Below the pieces are notes generated by a model, which searched no databases, was not told the origin of the DNA, and saw only the letters and a program-made list of their open reading frames with translations. A DNA stretch of 64,000 nt, taken from contig JACPRC010000202.1 of assembly GCA_016190175.1 (NCBI GenBank), positions 11,750 to 75,749 on the forward strand. Reading direction: 5' to 3'. A program made the translations under genes and the position numbers. This document shows positions 49,274 to 59,829 of the stretch, in pieces. The DNA is from Planctomycetota bacterium. Its GTDB lineage: Bacteria; Planctomycetota; MHYJ01; JACPRB01. Numbering within the stretch: position 1 is the first letter of the stretch; the number at the start of each line of letters is the position of its first letter.

Positions 49274-52200
49274 ATGAAGACCGGCCTCCTCCCGGCCCTG
49301 GTCGCCGTTTGCGTTTGGCCCCTTGCGGCCGCGGCGCAGGGCATCAGCGCCGACAACGGCGCGCGCATCGAGGTGGCCAACGGCGCCGGCATCGAGGCCG
49401 TCTCGAGCGGCCTCTCCGCCGCCGGCGGAACCGTCGCCCTCACCGGCTCCGGCAGCACCCTGACGAGCGGAACCTCCACAATCGTCGACTCCTCCGGAAC
49501 GTTGTCGTTGTCGGGCGCCTGCACGCTCAAACCCGGCGCGTCCCTCTCGGTCGCGGGCGCCTTCTCCGCGGGCGGGACCGACCCGGACTTCCCGACGATC
49601 ACCTGGGACGGCGTCATCCGCTACGCCTTCACCCTGGGCGGCACGGTCGCCGTGGACGGCCTCCGCGTCTCCTACACCGACGCGGCCGGCATGAAGATCG
49701 ACACGACCGCGACCGTGAACGCGAACCGGCTCAAGAACGTCAAGTTCTCGAACGCCGCCAGTCCGGGCGTCTGGCTCAACTTCCGGGCCTCCGCCGCCGC
49801 CACGTACAGGGTCATCGACTGCGATTTCCCCACGGGGCTCGGCGCGGGTCAGTACAACGTTCGCACGCCGGCGGGATATCTCAATACGGTCAACGTGCGG
49901 GCGTTCACCGGCGGCTCCGCGGGCGAGACGAAGGAGGACGACACGGAGGTCGGGACGGTCTCGCCCGGCACGATCGTGTGGGCCGCCTCCTTCACGTGGA
50001 CCGGGGCCGTGAACACGAGCTGGACCACCGCCGGCAACTGGAGCCCGAGCGGTCCCCCCGGAGCGACCGACGACGCCGTCATCCCCGACGTCACGAACGA
50101 TCCCGTCATCAGCTCCGCGGTCTCGTGCAACTACTTGACGGTGCAGTCCGCGGCAGTCGTGACCCTCTCCTCCGGCGGGGCGCTGACGGTGAACGGAGAC
50201 CTGTCCAACAGCGGCACCTTCAGCTTCGCCGCGGGAACCTCGATCACCTTCGCCGGAACCGCCGCGCAGCTCTTCACGCCCGGCTCCACCAGCTACCTGA
50301 ACCTCGCCGTCAGCAAGTCGGCGGACGCCGTCACGCTCGCCGGAAACCTCACCGTGACGAACAACATGACCGTCTCGGCGGGCACGGTAACCCTGGGGAC
50401 CCGCACCGTCACTGTGAACGGGACGTTCGACGCCACCGGCGGGTCCGTGACCTTCACCGGCGCGGGCTATCTGACGCTCGGCGGCGCCGTCACGAGCCTC
50501 GGCACGTTCACCGCGTCCACGAGCACCGTCGACTATGCCTCCGCCTCCAGCCAGACCGTTCAGGACGTCATCTACTACAACCTTACGGTCAGCGGCGGGC
50601 AGACGGCAACGGCGGGGTTCAACATCACTCCCACGAAGCTCGGCGGCACGCTCACCATCTCCGGCGCCTCCATCCTGGACGTGAACGGCTCGTTCGACGC
50701 CACGGGCCGCGCCGTGACCTTCGGCGCGAACGGCACGCTCCGGCTCGGCGGCGCCGTCACGAGCCTCGGCGGCTTCACGGCGGGCACGGGGACCGTCATC
50801 TATGACGATACGGGAGCAAACCAGACGGTCGATCCGACGGCCTCCTACTACAACCTGACGATCGACAAGACGTCACGGACCGCCAACGTTCCCAACGGAG
50901 CCACGCTGACCCTGAGCAACGACCTCACGATCTTGAGCGGCACCCTCAGTGCCCCCAGCGCAGCCGCCATCAACGTCGGGCGAAACTGGACCAACAACGG
51001 CACCTTCTCCGCCGGAACGGTCGTCGTCACCCTGACCGGTACGGTCGCCGCCGCGATCACGGGCTCCTCGAACACGACGTTCAACGTCCTCAACATCGGC
51101 ACGACGCTGGGCGCCGGGGAGAGCAAGACCGTCGGCATCGGACACTCGACGCCTGCGTCGTCGCTCACGATCACCGCCAACGTCTTGACCATCGGTTCCA
51201 CGACGCAGACGACGGGCTCGACGCTCGTCTATCTCGGCAGCTACGGCGCCGGGAACAACTCCGTGGCCCAGACCCTGACCGTGAGCGGCAGCGTCACGAT
51301 CAACGTAGGCACCACGGGTGGCGGACAGCTTGCCTCCGTCGGCGCCCTCGCCCACGCCATCAACGTCGGCGGAACCTGGACGAACAACGGCTGGTTCGTT
51401 GCGGGCTCCAGCGTCACCACCTTCACTACGGCGGGGACCGCCGCCATCACCGGCTCCGCGAACACGACATTCAACATCCTCAACCTCGGGACGACGCTGG
51501 GCGCCGGCACCAAGATCGTCAACATCGGTCACTCGACCGCCGGCTCCGCGTTGACGATCACCGCCTCGACGCTGAACGTCGGCGCGACGACGGGCGGCAC
51601 CACAACCACCGTGAACCTCGGCAACAACGGCACCGCGGACAACACCGTTGCCCAGACCCTCACCGTCACGGGCGCGCTGACGATCAACGGTACGGGCACG
51701 AACACCCTGGCGGTCGGATCGAACGGCAGCCTCGCCCACGCGATCAACGTCGGGGGCAACTGGACCAAGAACGGCGCCTTCAGCCCCGGATCGGGCACCG
51801 TGACGTTCAACGGCGGTGCGCAGGCGATCCAGGGCTCGACGGCCACGGCCTTCTACAATGTCGCGATCGCGGCCTCCTCCACGACGACGCTCGGTCCGAG
51901 CATCGCCGCCAACACCCAGGTCGGCGGCTCGCTCACCGTAAGCGGCATCCTCCAGATCGGGGCCGCCAGCGGGCTCCTGGGCCAGGACTTGAGCGTCACG
52001 GGCGCGTTCACGATCAACACAGGCGGGACCGTGCAGCATACGAACGCGCAGAACCAGGTACACACCATCTGGATCAACGGAGATCTGGCGAACTCGGGAA
52101 CTCTCGACACCTATGCGGCCGCCAACCGCACGATCTGGCTGGAGTTCGTCGGAAGCGCGGGCACGACCATCACCGGGAACGGGACCTACGATCTGTGGAA

Positions 52201-55200
52201 GGTGGAGTTCGGCAAGGGCACCGCCGCCCTCACGGTAACGAACCAGTCGACGACCTTCTGGACGACCGGGGCATGGACCGACCCCTTGCCGGTCCGGTTC
52301 TATGCGGGCATCTACGTCCATGACAACTCCTCCACATGGGCCGCGACGAAGAATAACAGCGATTCCTTCGCGATGATCGAGAAAGACGCGGGCATCCGGG
52401 TCCTGCAAGGGACCGTCGCGTTTTCCACCCTGGGAACCCCGTCCATCCTCTACCTGCGCGGCAAACTCGAAATCCAAGGCGGCGCCGTCACGGTCGGCGA
52501 CGCCGCGGACGAGAGGATCCTCTACGACCTCACTACCGGCGCCACCCCCCAGTTCACGATCTCCTCCGGATCGCTGACGTGCGCCGGCAGGTTCTCGAGC
52601 AATGCGGGCACGGACACCGTCACCTGGAACCAGAGCGGCGGGACCGTCACGCTCGTCACGATCGGATCCACCAGTGCGACCGAAGCCGGCCTGAATATCG
52701 GCAACACCGGCTCCTCCTTCACCATGTCGGCCGGGACGATCGTTTTCCAGCGCGCGACGAGCAACGCGTCGGACGTCACGCTCCTCGCCGCGACCTCCAG
52801 CGTCACCGGCGGCACGTTCCAATTCGGCAACGCGAGCACGCCGAACGCGACGACGTTTCGCGTCAATTCCACCGTCCCGCTCCCGAACGCGGTCGTCAAC
52901 GGCACCGCGGCCGTGGGGACAAAACCCAAGCTCACGCCCGTCGCGGCCCTGAGCGTCAAGTACGACCTGACGATCCAGTCGGACTGCGAGCTCGCTTGGA
53001 ACAGCTACGCCATCGCCGTCGGCGGCAACTGGACGAACGACGGCACCTTCACCCCCGGGGCGACTGGCACGGTCACCTTCAACGGCACGACGCAGGCGAT
53101 CCAGGGCGCCGCGAGCACGGTCTTCCAGAACCTCACGATCGGCGGCACCTCCACGACGACGATCAACCCCGGCTCGGGCATCAACACGGACGTCCGCGGC
53201 ACTCTTTCGGTGAGCGGCGTGCTCGTCCTCGCGAATTCGAAGACCCTGCGGATTGGCAGGTCGATCGCCTCCGGCACCGCCTCGATCTCCGGCACCCTCC
53301 GCACGACCTCCGGCACCGGCCTCCGCCCCGCGATCGCCGCGGTCGACAGCGTGAACTGGCGCCACTCCTTCACCGTGACCGGCACCATCGACGTGAACGG
53401 GCTGGACTTCTCGGGGGCGGACGCGAACGGCCTCTACCTCAACGGGGCAACCATCACAAGCCTCCAGAACGTGATCTTCCGCGACGTCGCATCCGGGGGC
53501 ACCCACCTCCGCGTCTCGCTCGCCGCGGGCAACGCATCCTGCCGCGGCTGCTTCTTCGACACCCTCACCGGCGGCGCGAAGAACGTCACCGCCGCCGACT
53601 CCGGCGGAGCCTCCGACGTCTTCCTTCGTTTCGAACAGCACAACTCCAAGACATCCGCGTCCGACCTTTCCACCACGGCGGCAAGCGCGATCGTGACCTC
53701 AGCAACCGCCGCCTTCGTCACGAACGGCGTCGCGGCGGGCGATTCGCTCCTCATCGTCAGCGGGCAGAATCAAGGGCTCTACAGGATTTCGAGCGTGGAC
53801 AGCGCGACGCAGCTCACGCTGACGACGACCGTCGCGAACACGGCAGGCTCGCAGTACTTCCATGTCGCGACCGGCCCGCCCACCGGCCCCGGCGCGGGCG
53901 AGGCCAACGACGCGGACAACGACAACACGCCGCAGGACGGCGTCGCGGACGTGATCCCCGGCGCGGTCGTCCAGTGGATCTCCGGCGCGGGTGACGCGCT
54001 TCAGGGGACGCTCCAGGGCATCCCCACCGCGGCGTGCGATCCGGTGACTTGCGCCTACTACGCGACCTACGTCGTCACGCGCGACGCGGTCGCGGGGACC
54101 GACCGCATATGGGCACTCGACCGCCTCGGCCGGGTCCTCTACTCCTACGATGTCGCGAGCGGCTACGGCGACATCGTCGGCACCCCGGCATGGACGCGCA
54201 TCGGCAGCGACCACGTCGTCTTCTTCGGAACGACGGGCGGCTATCTCTTCTACCTGAAGGACACGGGAAGCGCGCTCGTGGACTTCAACGGCAGTTGGCC
54301 CTTCAAACCCGCCGCCGTCGACGAGGTGACCTCGCCGGTCGTCACCGACGGGACGAACCTCTACTTCGGAGGGTTGGAGCTGGGCACGCCGAAGCTGTTC
54401 GCCTACGCGATCTCCGACAAGGCGCAGGCGATGGCGCGCCTCTCGACGGGCGCGATTCGCGGTCGCCCCACGGTCTCCACGATCTCCGGCACGAAGTACG
54501 TCTTCGCCGCGACCGATTACACAGGTGTCAACGCGGTAGCGTGGCGCTTCGACGTCGTGACCCCAGCCAACGACGTCTCGAACACGGATTCCAAGCTGTA
54601 CCACATCCGCGCCGACACGCTTCTCGTCGCGGGCAAGCTCTACCTCGCCGACTGGGGCGGTCGCGTCCACATGATCGCCGCCGGCGGCACGTTTGCGGCC
54701 AACGATTGGAGCTACTACGACGCGATCCACGACCCGCCGGCAGCGAGTCCGGGGCCGGACAACGGGGCCATCTCCGCGCCGCCTTTCGTCAACGTCAACA
54801 ACGGCGACGTCTTCTTCGGCGACGCCGACGGCCACGTCTATCGGCTCACCTCCGCGGGCGGTTTCGGCTGGCGCGTATCGCCGGACGGGACCGCCATCAC
54901 GACCTGCCCCAAGCTCGTCGCGGGGAGTGTCTGGGTCGGCAGCTTCGGCGGGACGCTCTACCGCCTCAACATGGCCGACGGCGCCATCATCGAGAGGTGG
55001 AACCTCGGCACGACGCCGGTGTACGGCCTCGACTACCAGTCCTGCATCGGCAAGCTCTTCGCCTACGCGGGCGGCCGCGTCTACTCGTTCGACGTCGCCG
55101 CCAACAGCGCGCCCCTCGCTCCGACCGGACTGACGACGGAAGGCGCGATCAACCCTTCGGGCGTCACCGACGGGACCCCCGACTTTTCCGCGACGCACAA

Positions 55201-57613
55201 CGACCCGGACGGCGATGCCGCCATCGCCTACCGCATCCAGGTCTCGACGGACAACACGTTCGCGAGCGTGACCCACTGGGACTCGGAGCGCACCGACATC
55301 GCGCCGCTTCCGTCGGGAAGTCCCAAGGCGATCGTCTACGCCGGCTCCACGCTCTCCTGGTACACCACGTACTACTGGCGCATCCAGTTCTTCGATTCGT
55401 ACTGCCCCGAGGGGGCGTGGAGCGCCACGGCGCAGTTCACCACGGCGACGCCGTCCGCCGCGCTCCCCAACGAGGGTTCCGGCACCGACGGCTGGAACAT
55501 GATCGTCATGCCGACCGACACGCCGGTGTCGGCCGGCCAGCTCGCCGACGACATGCCGAGCTGGGTCGTGTACCAGTGGAACGAAGAGACGCGCAACTAC
55601 GAGTGGATGCCCTCCGGCGGAACCCTCCTGGCGGGCCGCGCCTACTTCGCATGGAACGACGCCGCGCCCGACACGGTCACGGTGGGAGCGGGCGTCGTGT
55701 CGATGAGGCAGCCCATCGACCGGCAGTACAACTACACGCGAAGCCAGTTCATCCTGCTCTCGAGCCAGATCGGCACGGGCATGGTCATCGACAAGATCCG
55801 CTTCGCCGAGAACAGCTCCCCCGGGGCCAACATCGACATCGACAACCTCCAGGTCCGGCTGAGACACACGAGCTCCGCGACCATTGCGTCCTTCGACACG
55901 TCGGGCGACCTCGTCTATAACGGCCCCTATACCCTCGTCGTCGGGACCGGAGTGGTGGAGATCGACATCACGAACTGGAGCTACAACGGCACGGACAACC
56001 TGGAGATCTATGTCTATTCGAGCGACCCCTGGGTCGCCGGCTATCCGACCTGGAATCTCACGGACACCGGCGCGAACCGCCACATCTACGCCTACGACGA
56101 CGTCGTGGACCCTCCTACGAACACGACCACGACGACCAACGTCCCCAACGTGACGCTCGTCTCCACCTTCGGCACCACGACCGTAGACCTGTCCACCGGC
56201 ACCGCGCGCAAGGGCGACTTCAGGATCAGCACATCCGCAAACGCCGTCGCCGGCGACAGCAATGCGACGTTCCCGCTCCGGTTCGACACGTACGGCGGGC
56301 CGATCGGGCCCTACGAATCCGCCGCGAATCAGTTCCGCGGCTGGCATCTCGTCGGCCATCCCTTCGCCGACACCGTGAGCTGGGACACCGGCGTGGCCCG
56401 CGTGAACGTGGACGCGACCTCCTACTACTGGGACGGGTCGATCCAGCAGTACCGCGGGTGGAACGCCGCGACGCACACGGCCTACAACGGCGGTACGGCA
56501 AACATGGGACCCTACGCCGGCCGCTGGATCCTCGTCTCCTCCGACACGAACTCGGTCACCTTCGCCGATCCCACGCTCTCGTCCGCCCCCGACCCGCTGC
56601 CGCCGCCGTTCGACGCGAACTGGTGGCTCCTCCGGATCAAGGTCGATTCCGGCGGCACCGGAGACTGGGGCAACGACGCCGGCGTCCACCCCGGGGCCGC
56701 CGACGCGTGGGACGAGCGCGACGCGCGCGACCCGGGCACGATGGCGAACCCGTGGGTCAAGGCGTACTTCCCCCACCCCGAGTGGGCGGATCCCCGCAAC
56801 GCGGACTACGCCATGGACGTGCGCAAGACGCCGTTCACGCAGGGCTCCGTCGTGACCTGGACCCTGCGCGTCGACACCAACACCGGCGCTCCGGTGACGC
56901 TCGCGTGGCCCAATCTCGGCGACCTCCCGCCGAACTGGACCTTCACGATCACCGACACCGCGACGGCCGTGACGATGCCGCTCACTCCGGGCGGCTCCTA
57001 CACCTACACCGCCGCGTCCCGCGACTTCACGATCGCGGCGACGCGCGACGACACCGCCGTGGGGATCCTGGAGATCAATGCCGTGCCCGTCCCGCACAGC
57101 ACGCTGCCGCCCGGCACGCCCGGCATGAAGATGCTCGAATTCACCACGAAGGCGTATCTCGAGGGCATCGCGATCTCGCAGGTCGCGATCCGCGGGAGCG
57201 GCTCCGGGAACGAGATGACCGTGGCCTCGGCCTACCTCATCCTCGACGCCGACGGGAACGGGACGTACGACCCCGGCGACCTCGTCGCGGGGACGGGCGT
57301 CTTCGCGGCGGACGACGGCACGGTCACCTTCGCGGTGAACGTCACGGTCCCCCTGGGCGAGACGAAGCACTGGTACGTCGTCTACGACTTCGGCTCGTCC
57401 GCGGGCACCTTCGTCGCGTCGCTCGATCCCGCCGACATCGCCGCGACGGGCACGTTGACCTCCCTGGCTCCGTCGAAGCTCGGCGCCGTCGTCACAGGCG
57501 GCACGAAGACCGTGCAGGCGCCGGACGAGCCCGAGGGCGGCGGCTGCGGCACGGTCGGTCTCGAGGCGCTCCTGCTCCTCGGAATCCTTGCGCTGCGCCG
57601 CCGCCGCAGGTAG
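49274..57613 (+). CDS. Giant secreted surface protein (beta-helix repeats, PQQ-like propeller, Ig/FnIII-like domains) with a GGGC-CTERM anchor
   Basis: Signal peptide MKTGLLPALVAV...AAA; repeated INVGGNWTNNGTF and TF.NL units; C-terminus EGGGCGTVGLEALLLLGILALRRRRR. Confidence 0.85.
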   Translation: MKTGLLPALVAVCVWPLAAAAQGISADNGARIEVANGAGIEAVSSGLSAAGGTVALTGSGSTLTSGTSTIVDSSGTLSLSGACTLKPGASLSVAGAFSAGGTDPDFPTITWDGVIRYAFTLGGTVAVDGLRVSYTDAAGMKIDTTATVNANRLKNVKFSNAASPGVWLNFRASAAATYRVIDCDFPTGLGAGQYNVRTPAGYLNTVNVRAFTGGSAGETKEDDTEVGTVSPGTIVWAASFTWTGAVNTSWTTAGNWSPSGPPGATDDAVIPDVTNDPVISSAVSCNYLTVQSAAVVTLSSGGALTVNGDLSNSGTFSFAAGTSITFAGTAAQLFTPGSTSYLNLAVSKSADAVTLAGNLTVTNNMTVSAGTVTLGTRTVTVNGTFDATGGSVTFTGAGYLTLGGAVTSLGTFTASTSTVDYASASSQTVQDVIYYNLTVSGGQTATAGFNITPTKLGGTLTISGASILDVNGSFDATGRAVTFGANGTLRLGGAVTSLGGFTAGTGTVIYDDTGANQTVDPTASYYNLTIDKTSRTANVPNGATLTLSNDLTILSGTLSAPSAAAINVGRNWTNNGTFSAGTVVVTLTGTVAAAITGSSNTTFNVLNIGTTLGAGESKTVGIGHSTPASSLTITANVLTIGSTTQTTGSTLVYLGSYGAGNNSVAQTLTVSGSVTINVGTTGGGQLASVGALAHAINVGGTWTNNGWFVAGSSVTTFTTAGTAAITGSANTTFNILNLGTTLGAGTKIVNIGHSTAGSALTITASTLNVGATTGGTTTTVNLGNNGTADNTVAQTLTVTGALTINGTGTNTLAVGSNGSLAHAINVGGNWTKNGAFSPGSGTVTFNGGAQAIQGSTATAFYNVAIAASSTTTLGPSIAANTQVGGSLTVSGILQIGAASGLLGQDLSVTGAFTINTGGTVQHTNAQNQVHTIWINGDLANSGTLDTYAAANRTIWLEFVGSAGTTITGNGTYDLWKVEFGKGTAALTVTNQSTTFWTTGAWTDPLPVRFYAGIYVHDNSSTWAATKNNSDSFAMIEKDAGIRVLQGTVAFSTLGTPSILYLRGKLEIQGGAVTVGDAADERILYDLTTGATPQFTISSGSLTCAGRFSSNAGTDTVTWNQSGGTVTLVTIGSTSATEAGLNIGNTGSSFTMSAGTIVFQRATSNASDVTLLAATSSVTGGTFQFGNASTPNATTFRVNSTVPLPNAVVNGTAAVGTKPKLTPVAALSVKYDLTIQSDCELAWNSYAIAVGGNWTNDGTFTPGATGTVTFNGTTQAIQGAASTVFQNLTIGGTSTTTINPGSGINTDVRGTLSVSGVLVLANSKTLRIGRSIASGTASISGTLRTTSGTGLRPAIAAVDSVNWRHSFTVTGTIDVNGLDFSGADANGLYLNGATITSLQNVIFRDVASGGTHLRVSLAAGNASCRGCFFDTLTGGAKNVTAADSGGASDVFLRFEQHNSKTSASDLSTTAASAIVTSATAAFVTNGVAAGDSLLIVSGQNQGLYRISSVDSATQLTLTTTVANTAGSQYFHVATGPPTGPGAGEANDADNDNTPQDGVADVIPGAVVQWISGAGDALQGTLQGIPTAACDPVTCAYYATYVVTRDAVAGTDRIWALDRLGRVLYSYDVASGYGDIVGTPAWTRIGSDHVVFFGTTGGYLFYLKDTGSALVDFNGSWPFKPAAVDEVTSPVVTDGTNLYFGGLELGTPKLFAYAISDKAQAMARLSTGAIRGRPTVSTISGTKYVFAATDYTGVNAVAWRFDVVTPANDVSNTDSKLYHIRADTLLVAGKLYLADWGGRVHMIAAGGTFAANDWSYYDAIHDPPAASPGPDNGAISAPPFVNVNNGDVFFGDADGHVYRLTSAGGFGWRVSPDGTAITTCPKLVAGSVWVGSFGGTLYRLNMADGAIIERWNLGTTPVYGLDYQSCIGKLFAYAGGRVYSFDVAANSAPLAPTGLTTEGAINPSGVTDGTPDFSATHNDPDGDAAIAYRIQVSTDNTFASVTHWDSERTDIAPLPSGSPKAIVYAGSTLSWYTTYYWRIQFFDSYCPEGAWSATAQFTTATPSAALPNEGSGTDGWNMIVMPTDTPVSAGQLADDMPSWVVYQWNEETRNYEWMPSGGTLLAGRAYFAWNDAAPDTVTVGAGVVSMRQPIDRQYNYTRSQFILLSSQIGTGMVIDKIRFAENSSPGANIDIDNLQVRLRHTSSATIASFDTSGDLVYNGPYTLVVGTGVVEIDITNWSYNGTDNLEIYVYSSDPWVAGYPTWNLTDTGANRHIYAYDDVVDPPTNTTTTTNVPNVTLVSTFGTTTVDLSTGTARKGDFRISTSANAVAGDSNATFPLRFDTYGGPIGPYESAANQFRGWHLVGHPFADTVSWDTGVARVNVDATSYYWDGSIQQYRGWNAATHTAYNGGTANMGPYAGRWILVSSDTNSVTFADPTLSSAPDPLPPPFDANWWLLRIKVDSGGTGDWGNDAGVHPGAADAWDERDARDPGTMANPWVKAYFPHPEWADPRNADYAMDVRKTPFTQGSVVTWTLRVDTNTGAPVTLAWPNLGDLPPNWTFTITDTATAVTMPLTPGGSYTYTAASRDFTIAATRDDTAVGILEINAVPVPHSTLPPGTPGMKMLEFTTKAYLEGIAISQVAIRGSGSGNEMTVASAYLILDADGNGTYDPGDLVAGTGVFAADDGTVTFAVNVTVPLGETKHWYVVYDFGSSAGTFVASLDPADIAATGTLTSLAPSKLGAVVTGGTKTVQAPDEPEGGGCGTVGLEALLLLGILALRRRRR

Positions 57614-57622
57614 GTTGCGATC

Positions 57623-58537
57623 GTGCGCCGCGAGGAGATGGAACTCTGCCGCCTGGCGATCGAACGGGGCTGGATCACGCCCCGCGAGATCGATGTCGTC
57701 CTGCGCGAACGGGACGTGGAGAGCGCCGCGACGCTGGGGACGCGCAACATCAAGCCGATGGGCATCCTCCTCGTGGCCCACGGCTTCCTCACGGACGTCC
57801 AGCTCCGCGAGCTCCAGGAGCAGCTCAGGAACCGCGGCGTGCGGCCGATCTTCGATCGCACGCTTCTGGGGCAACTCCTGCTCGAGGACAAGCTCATCAC
57901 GCGCGAGGCGCTCGACCAGGCGCTGGAAGCGCAGCGGAACCACGCGGCGCAGGGACGACGCAGGAGGATCGGCGAGATCCTCGTCGAGATGAAGTGCGTC
58001 GAGGCCTCCGCGGTCATCGCCGCCCTGCGGAAGCAGCGCAAGGAGATCCTCGAGTGCCCGGGATGCAGCGCGCGCTTCAACGTGTTCGACTACGCCTCCA
58101 CGGGCCGCTACGCGTGCCCCAAGTGCAACTCCCAACTGCGCGCCGGGACGATGCTGCTCGACGTGGACGATACGACCATCGGCATCAAGCCCGCGTCCGA
58201 GGCCGATCTCCCCGCGACCGTCGCGGCCCAGACCGGGCCGAAGGTCCATTTCGGGAAGTTCGTCGTGATGCGGGAGCTCTTCCGGTCCGCGGAGGGTCCG
58301 GTCCATCTCGGCTGGCAGAAAGACCAGGGCCGCTTCGTGGCGCTTCTCTTCCTGGCCGCCGATCCGCCCACCGGCTACGCGGGGAAGATCGCGGTGCGGT
58401 TCACCCACGAGGCGCAGTCCCACCAGGTCCGGCTGGCAGGCTTCCTCGAGTCGGGCGCCTACGAAGGGCGCCGCTACGTCTCCTGGGGCCTCCAGGAAGT
58501 TCCCGGCACCCAGGGCTCGGCCCCGACGTCGACATAG
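57623..58537 (+). CDS. MshEN-like repeat protein with Zn ribbon and a degenerate kinase N-lobe
   Basis: LLGQLLLEDKLITREALDQALEAQ and RIGEILVEMKCV...ALRKQ; CPGC...CPKC; FGKFVVMREL...VALLFL. Confidence 0.7.
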   Translation: MRREEMELCRLAIERGWITPREIDVVLRERDVESAATLGTRNIKPMGILLVAHGFLTDVQLRELQEQLRNRGVRPIFDRTLLGQLLLEDKLITREALDQALEAQRNHAAQGRRRRIGEILVEMKCVEASAVIAALRKQRKEILECPGCSARFNVFDYASTGRYACPKCNSQLRAGTMLLDVDDTTIGIKPASEADLPATVAAQTGPKVHFGKFVVMRELFRSAEGPVHLGWQKDQGRFVALLFLAADPPTGYAGKIAVRFTHEAQSHQVRLAGFLESGAYEGRRYVSWGLQEVPGTQGSAPTST

Positions 58538-58640
58538 CCTGCCCCCTCTTCCCCTCCCCCCCTCTCCCTATCCCCCTCGATTCCCCTTGAAGCCCCCCGC
58601 CTTCGCCGCTACTCTGTCGCACCTCTTCAGAAAGGACCCG

Positions 58641-59819
58641 ATGATCGCATCCTCCCTCGCGCTGCTCCTCGCCGCCCTCCAGGATGGCGCCACCGTCGTC
58701 GACGGACAACCCGACATGCTCGTCATCATGAATGCCGCGTCGGGCTTCTCCACCGGCCGGGGAAAGGCGACGATCCTCCTCTCGACGCCCGACGGACCTT
58801 CCGTCGCAGCCGTCCCCGCGGACACCGTCTCCGTGGCGGTCGTCGTGCGGGGCGAGGAACGGACCGTGGATCTCACCGGCGCCCCGCGCGCGAAGGAAGT
58901 CGACTCCCTCCCCGGCGTCACCGTCGCGACGTCCGGGGAGAAGCTCGTCGTCACCAATCGGGGCGAGCCGCTCGTCGCCGTCGTCTACGTCCGCAACGAG
59001 AGGAACCAGGACCGCTACATCGAGGCAACCGTCATCCGGAACGAGGCATCGTTCCCGCTCGCGGCGGACCGGCGGCTCCTGCTCGTCAGGACCGGTGCGG
59101 CGCCCCTCTGTCAGAGACTCTCCCTCGCCCCCCCGGCGTCGCGTCCCCCGGGCGACGATCCCCAGGGGTTCCGCTCCGTCTTCGACGGCTTCACTCTGCG
59201 CCCCGTCGGCCTGCGCATCGCCCCGAAGCTGTACTCGCTCTGGAACGCCGACCTGCGCGTCGACGAGATCGAGGCGACGGTACAGGACGAGATGTTCCCG
59301 AAGTCGACCCTCCAGTACACGGACCTCAAACGCCTCGGATTTCAACCCGGACTCGACCTGACGCTCGATCTCGGTTCGATCTCCTTCGGCGTGGAAGGGA
59401 CGATCGGGAGGTTCCAGGCCCGGGCCACGCAGACCCTCTTCTCCGGCTTCGTGCTCGGAGGCACGATCGAGAACGAGACCGAGATCGAGGGCAAGTCCCT
59501 CATGATCGCCGGTCACCTCGACCTCAATCTCGTCGACTACCTCGCGGGCGACTGGGACTTCGGCATCGCCGTAGGGGTCAAGGTCTCGTACGTTCGTCTC
59601 GAGCCCGACGAATCCGATCCCGACGCGTTCGCGTTTTCCGAGGATCTGAAGAAGGACCTCTCCCTCTGGTGGCTGGAGCCGCGCCTTTCGGGGAACGTCG
59701 AGTGGCGGGGCTGGACGTTCCCCATCGGCCTGGTCACGTCCGTCGGTTTCCCGATCGCCGGGGACGTCCGCGGGGGCGTGGACTGGCAGATCGACCTGGG
59801 AATCACGATCCGCTTTTGA
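58641..59819 (+). CDS. Secreted protein with a probable C-terminal outer-membrane beta-barrel
   Basis: Signal peptide; amphipathic strands; ends ...DLGITIRF (terminal Phe). Confidence 0.6.
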   Translation: MIASSLALLLAALQDGATVVDGQPDMLVIMNAASGFSTGRGKATILLSTPDGPSVAAVPADTVSVAVVVRGEERTVDLTGAPRAKEVDSLPGVTVATSGEKLVVTNRGEPLVAVVYVRNERNQDRYIEATVIRNEASFPLAADRRLLLVRTGAAPLCQRLSLAPPASRPPGDDPQGFRSVFDGFTLRPVGLRIAPKLYSLWNADLRVDEIEATVQDEMFPKSTLQYTDLKRLGFQPGLDLTLDLGSISFGVEGTIGRFQARATQTLFSGFVLGGTIENETEIEGKSLMIAGHLDLNLVDYLAGDWDFGIAVGVKVSYVRLEPDESDPDAFAFSEDLKKDLSLWWLEPRLSGNVEWRGWTFPIGLVTSVGFPIAGDVRGGVDWQIDLGITIRF

Positions 59820-59829
59820 CGAGGGCCCC

